A stretch of DNA of 58,738 bases from Trichoplax sp. H2 (Eukaryota). The stretch spans positions 1-58,738 of the forward strand of contig NOWV01000300.1 of assembly GCA_003344405.1 (NCBI GenBank). Direction: 5' to 3'. Each line of letters starts with the position of its first letter. Positions within the stretch are counted from its first letter, which is position 1. Of the stretch, positions 12,331 to 24,007 are shown piece by piece. Below the pieces are notes generated by a model. It was not told the origin of the DNA, ran no database searches, and saw only the letters and a list, made by a program, of their open reading frames with translations. The translations under genes were made by a program, and so were the position numbers.

Positions 12331-13532
12331 GGACGGCCAATCCAACTATGCACTGCTGACAACTTTTATTACATGACATGATTTTAGGCTGAGAAATGGA
12401 CTAATCCTATCGTAGTTTGTAAAGAAAAAGAAGCATACGCACTACCATAGAAGGTAGAACTGGGCTGCATGCGGCTGTGCCTCGTTACAGTGGGCCTATT
12501 TACCCCATCTTTTTCAACTAGGTGCAATATTATTCATGTTGTGTAGGAAATAGAGCACTTATTTTCTCGACTTGTTGTACAAGATAGTCGATAGAAATCA
12601 CTGACCAAATTTCATCCAAGTTGGATTCAATGATATACAGCTGTTCTCTATAGTATCCATTTGAAGTAGGATTCAAATTTCCAATTTGGTTATTTTACCC
12701 ACAGCAAACCCAATTACCAATCCAACTCATACTAGTACTACACGATATTTCCACAGTCATTCGCTGCATTCTACGTTTGTAGTATTAAGTTTGAGTAATA
12801 TTGAACGCAAACGTTGTAAAAATGGAAAAATTTTTTTACTTTTGAAAATTCTACTCATAAAAATGAGATGAGCGCGCGGTAGTAGCTATACAAACTCTTG
12901 CTTACGGTACTGTATCATGCGTATTATTATTGCAGGAAAGTACGACGGTAAAATTGTATGAAATATGGCAATCATTCATTTTATTTCCTCGATCACTTTG
13001 ACAGTCAATACTGCAACATGAAAACTCAACCTGTCAATATTCAGCATGAAAGATTAGATAGATAGTCGTCTGCATACGTCTATGCTCAGTGCTGTAGTAG
13101 AAAGCATAAAATCATGCTGAATTGGACGATAATCCTCAATTGCATTGCCAAAGTCTCCTCCATACATCCATTCCAATACATCAGACATAGATAGCGACGA
13201 TAATTGAACAGCTCTTGTATGAGGATTTGGGGAAAATACGGCAAGGGAATTTTGAATGCCACTACTGCAGAGAAGTCCGTGGACCAAAAAAAAATAAAAT
13301 GCCAAACTTGATTTTGAAAACTGCTCTCACTGCGTCAATCGATTGGAGTAGATGATACAAATAGATACGCTAAGCTGATCGTATATTTGAACAGTTTTGG
13401 AAAAACACTTTGGAAAGTAGACACTGCAGAGAATTCTAGCGTGTTTCTTTGTTGAAAATTCTAGGGAAAATTAGAAAACGAGTTCAGTACAGTACTACTA
13501 CCTACATTCATCCATGTTCTAGGAAAAAGGTT

Positions 13533-15881
13533 ATGGTAATCAATTGATTATTGTTTCAATCGCTCGATCCTATGCCAATAGTGACAGTAGGATTTTTTTG
13601 TACTGTGAAAATGGCGGTTATCAAATTGCAATGTTCATCTATGTCGCTAAAATTTTACAAATCTTTTCACTCTTGGTCTACCGGATCACATACGTAATTC
13701 GGTGCGATGTTACAAGATGTCGCAAACTCTCGATACACCTCCCGGATTTCCTTTCGGTTGATCTATTTTTTACAGTTAAAGTGAACAAACATAGTCTTGT
13801 ATCGCCTAATTCTTGTTGCAGGATGATGTTGACATCGATACAAGTATATGCAACACATTTTTTTTTTCCCCATGGAATACTATACCAAACCAAGAAGAAA
13901 ATAGAGTACCAAAAGTGCTACGGAATAGTTTAACTTAATCATACGGTACTATTAATATCAACATCGCTTGGTTTCTCCTTCTTTATTTATTACTTGCACT
14001 TGATCGAACAGTTCTGTTCATTCTTTTTTTTAATGGGGCATCTAAAATTCGTGATATCAAGACTTGACGATATTGACTTGATAATGAAAGACTGATTAAT
14101 ATGATTGTTGCTGATCTTTATTAGTAGTAGCACATTAACTTGTGTTCTCCATGAAACTAGAGAATGGATTACGGTTTCGGTACTACTTTCTTTCTCTCTT
14201 GTATATAGATATATACATCAATTGATATGTTGGCCTAAATTTCCCATCTCTTATTTCACAATGGATGAGTAGTACTGTTCTATCTGTAGCCAGTGTTGTA
14301 TATATATACAATTCGTATCATGAATCGAATCCCCTTCACATTTCGTTGCTGCCTTAGCAACAGAATGACATCACTACCCAAATTAGAAAATGAAGATGAT
14401 TGCAGGTTTTATATTCGAGGAGAGTAAAAGCCATAAAAGAAAAATATTCAATCAATTATGTCATTCGAGATCAAGTTTCTATAAATCCAATTTACAATCC
14501 TTGCAGCTTTAGGAAAGAAATGGATGCTCATAGCAATCATCTATGATTAACTTTTCTATCACTTGCAAAATTAGGCAACATGCCAGTTTAATATAGTGTC
14601 CAATTTTATACCACAGTGACTTAGTAGGATCGTCTAATTTACCATGAAATTACTATTATGAACCCTTACCAAGATTAACATTAAATATTGACATTAGTCT
14701 TAATAGAAATCATATAGTATGTTGACGTGATAATGTCTGATGCTCTTTACAGTAACTACTCCACATATGTGCATTGAATAGTTGAATGCGTCATGAAAAT
14801 TGTTTCAGTATTTTACCACTGGGTTTTATTTAGTCTATGCCACTGTCAGTATTTGAATGTCAAAATGATGCGGACGCTGAATCTTTTTGCCATCGGTATC
14901 GGTGTTAGTAGAAAGGGACTGTGTAATGCATAGTAGGGATGCATTTTAGAAGAAAGTTTTTGACAATATTGCTTGAGTATCAATGCTTTCTACTACTGTA
15001 AGTACATTTATTTTCGTGGTATAATTGCGACTCTATTGATTCTTTACTATAAGAAACTTTTGTATTATGCATACTAGAAATTGGAGTCAAGTTAATAAAG
15101 GCACAGTTTAGTGCAGCGTTAATTGTTTATTGCATTGTACCCGTCTTTTCCTTTTTTTATTTATTTGGGGCATGATTGCCATCAATTGGAATGGTATTGC
15201 TATACTTCTGCAGTCTATGGTTAAGGCTTATCTTCATATAAAGATTAAAACTGCACTAGCTTGTACTAGCTGAACATGCAGTTTCAATTATCGTAGGATG
15301 AATCCGAGTTTTACTATTTTTAATCAACTGAAAAATAAAAATACACGTTATACATCCGAATATTGCAATATCCAACTGTATTCGCTTTACTATTACTATG
15401 CATTTATGTTGGTGCAATGCCTACTAGCGATATTTTTTTTTCATCAAAAGCAATAATACGTTGTAATAACCATCTCTATCTTACGTATTGTAATATCGAC
15501 CCTACTGCATATACTTCCATTACAAGTTTACAACCGCCATTGACTGTTGTGTCTTGAATTTCAATTTCTGATAATAAAAGTTACCGTAGTTACCTTGTAA
15601 ACGTCAAATTTACTCATTTACAATATCGTTGCCGTTGATACTATTATTGTTATCGATACTTGATAAAGTAGTCACAATCCAAGTCTTGTAATGGTTGAAT
15701 TGAATTGAAGATGCGCTTGATCACCATATCTTTGTCTACTAGTAATATTTTATAGAAATTATTCAATTTGATCAAGAATTTTTTATTATTGCAATTCATA
15801 AAGGTTTTTCGCTGTGGCTTTAACTCACTAACTGAGTTGTTGAAAGACAGTGGCGATTGGTGCCAAGCCCAGCACTATTAG
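13533..15881 (+). promoter_or_regulatory. Spliced conserved-peptide uORF in the PTP4A/PRL 5' leader: M|VFRCGFNSLTELLKDSGDWCQAQHY*
   Basis: Acceptor ttttattattgcaattcataaAG ending at 15803; open frame 15804-15881; candidate ATG|GTAATC donor at 13533-13541 is in phase. The exon-2 part is well supported; the ATG exon is tentative. Confidence 0.7.
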
Positions 15882-16457
15882 CAGAGATCATTGTCGGGAC
15901 GAATTAATTAAAATATTATCTTCCAAGGATATTCCTGCTATATTGGATAGCATTTCAATAGAGAATATCAGTATAGGAAAAGAATTCGAAAACTGTTGGT
16001 ACAGCTAGAATTACTTTAATCAACACATCACCGAATGGATTAATTGGATCTTGTTTTTTGCAATATAATCGTTACTGTGAAACGTGAAATTTATTGTTAA
16101 TACTTGCGGCAAAGATTCTTGGTAGAGAATCGAAGATCCCAGTAAAAACGAAATTCTTTTAGAGTTAATGACAGGTACTACGCTTACGAGTCTCAAATTT
16201 TGGCAAAGGTAATTTTCAAGCCTTGTGGAGAAATTGTGCTACACTGTTCTACCTCAATATCGAACACGTATATATGGTCTGAGTAGGATTGCAACCTTCA
16301 ACTGAGCGTGCCATTTTATGTACATAATATTAGTGATAGAGTGGCAACTGTTGCTATTGGTACCCAGTCTAGGGAGAAAGAAATCATTAACGGTGTAGCA
16401 ATCTCTGTAATAGTTGGCTTTGAGTATAGTGAGAGACTCCAAAAGTATAAAAAATCA

Positions 16458-17504
16458 ATGATGTCTCGAGGTGGAATGTCTGGACCATCCATTGTTGAAT
16501 TCAAGGGCATGCGATTTCTAATTACTGATCGCCCAACAACTGTCACTATACCGCAGTTTATTAAGGTAGTTAACAGCTCTAATCCAGTGCAAGTGTCGCT
16601 AGAAAAATACTCAAGTATCTAAAAATAAATTCTATTGCTGTAATAATTATACCCTTATTTTTGAATTCTAGCAACTAAAAAATCATGGTGCTACTGATCT
16701 AATTCGTGTATGCGAACCGTCTTATGAAGCAAGCCTGCTAGTAGACGAGGGAATTAAAGTTACCGTAAGTGACCAATTTCACTGAGTAGAGTATGATTGG
16801 CATCACTACCATTTGAAATTACACATTAAGCAATGCTAGTGTTGTCAATAATTAATTAATCTGTACTTTAAAAAAGTGCATCATGTGCAGTACATCTTAT
16901 TCATCGTATTCGTACGTATATTCAGGATTGGCCTTTCGAGGATGGTGGTCCACCTCCTCCTAAGGTGGTACAGGAATGGTTTGACTTGTTAATTGATCGA
17001 TTTGCTGAAAAACCGGGCTGCTGTGTAGCAATTCACTGTGTTGCTGGGCTTGGAAGGTGAGCACTAATGCTGGCCTACAACTAACAGATAATAAGGAGTC
17101 CTCCTCTTTTCGGATTTGGTCAATGGCACATGCTAACGGTTTAATTTTTATAGGGCTCCGGTTCTGGTTGCTCTTGCATTAATGGAAGCCGGCATGAAAT
17201 ACGAAGATGCTGTCAAATTTATTAGGGAGTAAGCTTTATATTTATTTTTATATCATAAATTAATAGCTGCAATACTTCATGATAGACTATTAACATTTTG
17301 TAAGTGACACAGTAATCAAGCAAAGAGATCTGTATTGAATATTATATCGATTTTAACGTGTATTTATCATTGTAATTACAAAGGAAGCGTCGTGGTGCCA
17401 TTAATTCGAAACAGCTTAGTTTCTTGGAGCATTACAGACCCAAAAGACGCTTGAAGTCTGTATCGCAGCAAAATGGAGGAAGCGGTGGTTGCTGTATGCA
17501 ATAA
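16458..17504 (+). CDS. PTP4A: Protein tyrosine phosphatase type IVA (PRL)
   Basis: Five coding exons: [52 protein letters not shown], active-site [27 protein letters not shown], and C-terminal prenylation box CCMQ* (TAA at 17502-17504). Confidence 0.97.
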
Positions 17505-19076
17505 TCATAAATCCTTGGTTTATACAACAAAATTCGTATTTGCTATTGGATACTGAAATCGTATGGCTCTCGTTAGTCCATATGGTAGCTATCTATCTTG
17601 AAATTGCCGTGTCAAATGAGACTATAATTTACGTTCACTAATTAGCTTTCAATGAAGTGTACGAGTGCAATATGCGCTTATGTATTCAAGTAATTTAAGA
17701 CTTTGATGAAATATCTGCAGTGATCTGTTAACAATCGTTCGCCGACTTTGACATGTAAATTTTTGTATAAGTATCTGGTCATATCTATTAGATTCATCTT
17801 TCTTTGATATACATTTTAATTAATTTTTGAAAACCTAATTCTTAGATTAATTAATTAATTATTCAAATTAAGTTATGCTATATTTACTGGTTAGTTATTA
17901 TATGATAAGTGCATAGTATTGCAACGGTACTGGCTCTCGAATTGCCAGCTAATGAATTTTAGTGAATGCTATAATATTTGTCGACGTTCTTAATGTAAAG
18001 TAACCACCTTACTGCTTGCTTGATTACTGTCAGATTTTATTGCTATTATGCGCGCATATGTTCTATCCTAGGGAATTTTTTTGTAATCCTGTACGTGATT
18101 ACAATCTAAAATAACTTAATCGTAATTCATAAGTGACGGTTGTTATTTTTTTATCCTGTATGAAGATATCTTAATCATGTGTAGAACCGTAGTTGTTATG
18201 ATGATAATTATGTCTAATTGTAGTTATGCACCATAGTATTTTATATATCAATAAATTTTCAACTCATAACAATAACTAGTGTATCCGAATCTAACTCTTT
18301 GGTTTTGATATAAGAGCGTATCCATATGAAAAACTTTGAATCGTAATCAGTAACACTTTGCAAGGGTATTTTTATTTGTTCTTAGTAAGGATATACGAGT
18401 AAATATTGTTAGTAATACATTCACAATTACTAAGTATGATAAACCGAAAATACTTCATATTTGAAAGAGAAATACATTGATTTGTCATCATTTCAATATC
18501 GTTACCTTTTACCAGCGATCAGAGATTCGGCATATTTATTAAGATACTGTATTACCAAAAGGTAGTGATAAAATGATATATATACAATATCGCATTTTTC
18601 CATATTAGACACTAGGCCTCGTGATGAAAAGATTGAAAGCGTTAATATCAAACTTAATACCGATACTTTAGTACGTGGAAGTTGTTTGAAGTTATTATTG
18701 AAGTAGCTATCAGAGTATAGGAATGGTCATACAGGCAACAAGCTACTATGGAACAGCATAAATAGTATGATGTAAACAATAACTACAAATGCTTTAGTAT
18801 ACAAAGGACAGCAAACTATCTTCAGATTGTCTTTAAATAATTAATTACTCATTGAAAATTTACACCATTTTCTGCGACGAATTTATCGTTTCCTGTTAGC
18901 AGGGTTAATCAAAAATCGTATTAAATTAAGTACGGTTATATTCACTTTACTAAAGTTAGATTTACCGCAGTATACTAAAAGTTTACAATTTTTTAGAGTG
19001 TAAAGTATACTTCTACATCATAATCAAGTATTATTATCAATTGCTAGGCAAAATTATCCAGTTTGAAATTGAAGAA

Positions 19077-21564
19077 TCATATAAATGGATCAAAACCTGA
19101 CCCAAAACCAGGAGGGGGCAGATGATCTAGATTCACCCTAAGAGTAGATAGTATATATATATTAATTGACTTATGTGAATGTACGTTAATGTACAGTACT
19201 GTGCATATAAAATACCTTCCTCTTTGCAATAAACAGACGGTCGTATCAGACATTTGCTATTAACACGGATAAGAATACTAAATCTATTTCTACTTTCTAA
19301 TTGTATATACGAGTATATACTTTAATATCATCTATAAGACAGCATTACGATCTATCCAAGTGAACGATAATGAAGCAACGTTCAATTTGCACCGAAGTAA
19401 TAAACTTCTAATAGAAAGTATACAAAATTTACCAACTTTTCTTATACAGTATGCGATGTAAACATCAGACTAACCCTTCTCCTCTTCTGGGGCCGTGTCC
19501 GCTAGGATCAAATCCGAAAGGACCTACTGGATCATATCTAGCTCCTGGAGGGACTGCACCCATATTTTCTGGCGGAAACCTTCGTGAACTATTGGGTGGT
19601 CTAATACCACCTGAGCGTAGAGGATCAAACAACATGCTACCTCCTCTATTTCGGGATATGAAATATTTTTACATAATTAGCATTTCAAAAACAAAGAAAT
19701 GTTTAGCACTTCACTATATAACTTATGTATACACATATCGTTTTCATGCTGCCAAATAGTTAAAGTGAAATTCATGCCGATAACGGATCATTACCCCATG
19801 CATGGAATTCGATCGCCATCCGGATTAAAAAAAGGTTGCTGGTAACTAAGGATGTATAAGAGTATTTATATTAAAAGTTAAAATTTGTACAACCGCCAGC
19901 TATCATCGGTTATACTGTAATTATCAAGTTTCTATTCCTCAAAATACTATAATATAATACAACAGACTATAGGGTTATAAAATACTCGTAGTCTAACCTT
20001 GGACGCGGAACATGCATAGGTCCGATTCGCAATGGATCATCTTCAGGATAAATTGGAGGACGAGAAGGTGGCACTTGCCTTGTGGCCGTTGTACTACCAG
20101 CGTAGCGATGTGGTACATTTCTGTATGATAACAAAGATTTTAAATAATAGAAAGAAAATCTAATTGCATGATGACTTAATGCTAAGCATTCTCGTCCCAT
20201 TACCGTAGGAATGAAGGGAATTTAAAGTAGTGAAAGTACTGTTTAACAGTACACATCACTACAGTTACAAGAGGTTCTACTTGCTGTTACTACCGTATCG
20301 CAAGTATTAATTATTCAACCCTAAATACAAGGCTAAATTTCTATTTCTGCAATGACTATTTCATAATTTATCCATTTATCGCCTGTATTAATTACTTACT
20401 TAGAGTGAGGTTTATTGTCAGCTTGAAGTTTTTGCGATATGAAAGTAGTTAAAATCTCCAATAGCTCTGATAATTCCTTGTATACATTTTCGCTAAGTTG
20501 ATATAATGAATAAAGTGTCAATATACGCGTATATTGAGATACGCATGTAAGGTGTTCTATTTTAATATTTTTGCTAATCAAGATGAATCAAGTATGAATC
20601 TATATTGAGCTATGAATAATAAATGCAGAAACATCATTTTCAATATCTTGCTAATAAAGATAAAATGTTAACGTATATCTATATATTGAGGTACGCAAAT
20701 GCAAGACGCCATTCTTGCGAAGCTAATTAATGAGCTAAGTATAATAAATGTAGGATATTCCATCATAATATCTTACTAATAAAGATGAATAAAATGCTAA
20801 TACATATTGAGCTATGTATGACAGATGTAGAGTGTTTTATCTTAATGTTTTGCTAAAGAAGAGGTAAATCACAGCATCAATAAAACTAAATATTGCCTAT
20901 GGATTACTATATATTGTTGTCCTGTACTGTAGATGTACATACCCTTTTGCAGTACTGAAATCTTGATCATTTTCAACATGTCGCTTCACGTCGATAGAAA
21001 TATTGGCAACATCCTCTTCGGCATTCTGCAATGGAATAGTAGAAAATATACTTACTACAACAGAACTACTGCTCTTTTCCTACAGTATCATCCCTCACTA
21101 GTGTTGTACAATTGTTATTTCAACTTAAAAGTAGGAAATCTAGTTTGATGCAATAAGCGGCCATTTACCAAAGCGTTAATAGCTAAAACACGATCAATAG
21201 CCAAAGCTTTGACCAATAACTTTCGATCAGATTTATTTTTATATCGAAGAGCAAATACATCCGTTTTATTCCATTCTGATGGTAAATTATCCGTTCCTAT
21301 ATCCTCATTGGCGGCTGACTAGAGAAAAGATGAAAAAAAAATTGATTTCAATTGCATCATGCATGGTAAACAACCTGACGATCTTCCACACCATCCTGAC
21401 TACTCAATGCATTTAGCCTTCAAACTAACCTCATCTCCTAAACCAATACATTGAAATCCACTTGCAATGAGTGAAGCATGGAATGCAATATAAGCTGCTT
21501 CCAATGGACTCGTTATAGTCGATGAAATAAACAGTTTGTTGATGATTTTAATCGGCTCCGACAT
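19077..21564 (-). CDS. PSMF1: Proteasome inhibitor PI31, 8 exons
   Basis: N-terminal FP domain (IAFHASLIASGFQCIGLGDE, LPSEWNKTDVFALRYKNKSDRKLLVKAL), DDPLRIGP, GGSMLFDP, hallmark AVPPGARYDPVGP, and last exon DHLPPPGFGSGFDPFI*. Confidence 0.92.
20493..20870 (-). repeat. Degenerate tandem repeat of about 77-80 bp inside PSMF1 intron 3, each unit carrying an acceptor-like sequence
   Basis: Minus-strand pyrimidine tract + TTAG|(C/T)AA units at about 20853, 20776, 20651 and 20574, ahead of the in-frame acceptor at 20493. Confidence 0.6.
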
Positions 21565-24007
21565 ATTGGCTAGTAACGAATGGAATGTGATAGAATGACG
21601 AAGTGCTTTTGCCTTTTAACCTACATACGCAAACGAGATCACGCTGTACGATGTTTGACTACGTCAACACATAGATCAACATGCGTGTACCATAGAGGAT
21701 TATTTTTTCTCTGACCTCTATGGGGCCTATACAGTTACTGTATACCAGGGACTTGATGAAGTACATGTAGTCCACTGAGTATAGTACAGTACAATAAGGT
21801 ACAGTATTAATAAGGCCAGTCTTTTTTAGTACAGTACTGTACTGTAGTCTACAGTATAAAGTACTGTACCATACTGTCCTTGTTGTGCTGTATTACTATC
21901 TGGACTAGTTAATAATTAATACTAACAAATGTATTGAAACTTGGTACTACTCTCACTTAGCATAGAGACAAGAAATTAAACACTTAGTTGGAAGTTATTG
22001 TAAAACTAACTACTCAACTCTGCTCTCTCTTTATTGCATTGAAAAGTGGCGGCTTATATAAGTGCGCTATTCCACTTACAACGCGTTATAATTACAAGTT
22101 TTAGTATTACATCGCACAATCTAACAAATATAGCGTAGTATAGAATAGTCGTGGACAAAATACCTGCACGGCTGTACCTCCTTACGCCAAGCGCTAGGTG
22201 GACGGACACTGGGTCCCTTCCGACCCTTCGTATTATAATTATCGGCGTTGTCATCTACTGTACTTAGAATGATTACTGTATCCTTATTAATGACATGCTG
22301 TGATTATTGTGTTGCTTCCATTTTAATTGTAATTATTACGGAAGAAAATCACCAGCTAAAAAGGCTAAAAATGAAGTGATCGTAATTAAGTGACTATGAA
22401 TTTATTAAATAAGCAGCTAAATTTGAAGAAATCATTTTCGTTACAGGATCGGTTATTTAAATCAGGGACAAAATAGGACACTGTACATAACAGCAATAAA
22501 TGATATTGCAAAAACACGTACTAGTGAAATGAATATATACAGTAGAAGAGACGTCCTGGATAATAACGGTTGTAAATATGAATCAGTTCATATACTGTAC
22601 GTTATCCACTACTACAGTACTGGATAGTATAGTTCTGTAGGTGGATGTATCTAGTACAGTAGTCTGCAATAATTAATGGGTAAAATAACTCAAAGCTTTT
22701 TTTCTTACTAAAGCCGATTAACTCTTTTATAATTAAGCTAAGAAATACCCAGGAAAGCTTAAGCAAAATGAGCTAAGAAATAGTTTGTACGCTCTATAAA
22801 ACTTTAAATTTTAACAATATCGAACATATTTGATACCGTTACGTAGTGAAAGACCTATTTCTCTCCTACTACTGTACAGTCTGTAGAAAAAATGAGGTTA
22901 CCCTTATCCTATGCTATAAATCGTGGACTTGGAGATTGGTAATAAAAATAAATCGAGAGGTCCCTATACAGCTAAAATGTTGCACGTTCACGTCAAGTGA
23001 AATTTCAAAATGGCGTCTTCACACGTTCCCTACAGCAGTCCATATGTACTCATAAATAATGGAAACTGTTCTGTCACAATACGTAGCAATACTACAGTAC
23101 TGACAGTATGTATATCAGGTGTACTATGTGAAAGGAAGATTACACAAATTTAAAGTTTGCATAAAGTGTATGACTACAGTATGTTAAAGATGTCTAATTA
23201 CTTCTCTTAAGTGCCGAATCATTGAAAATGACACGGTGACTTTTATATCTGCGCTGTGTACAACTTCAAACAATAATAGATGGATTATGGCACTATTCTG
23301 TACTGTAGAACCAGCGAATATCGTATTAAAGTGTGTTATAAAAATATACTATACTATACAGCAGTGGTCTGCAACATCGAATCAACCATGTCCCATCGCA
23401 TTATATTCACTTCACTTCCCGTCCTATTTTGTCCCGTAGTAAGTGTGTTACAGTACATAATTTAATAGTAGTCATGTCTAGCTCGCTTTGCTGGTCTTTC
23501 CCGATGCCACATACAGTACATATATTGCACTTCAAATATAGAACTCGAATTGATTGTACTGTATTAATTGCTACTACACAAGTGTATTCATTACTCACAC
23601 ATGCAGTCACATAAGTGCACTGTAGTGTTTACAACAATATAGACAGCACCAATGCATGATATACCATCATATAAGGTGATTTCGTATAGAGTAAATTCAA
23701 CTATATTAGTGATAAATCGCTTTCCGCATCTGCAGTATTTGAAAACTACAACAGTGGATACAGTGGATGGGATATGGATCTTGTACTTTTCGCATACAGT
23801 GTACGAATTCTATGCCATATGGTTTCCATATACTAACTGTAAAATTATATTATTCAAGAATGTATCAATGTTGGCTATCTCAATTTCATAAATATTTAAA
23901 CTTTACTTTATAGCAATATCTTTTCTCGCACTTAAAAATAACATTTCAAACTTATTTATAGAATATAAGAACGGTATAAGAAGAAAGGTAAACATAAATA
24001 ATAAAGA

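Noticed and set aside
13054..13305. 83-aa minus-strand ORF
   Set aside because: No recognisable family or splice partners; it overlaps the probable PTP4A promoter or first exon on the other strand.
14344..14361. GTTGCT-GCCTT-AGCAAC inverted repeat (X-box-like) in the inferred PTP4A first intron
   Set aside because: A single short motif far from any ciliary gene start; could easily be chance.
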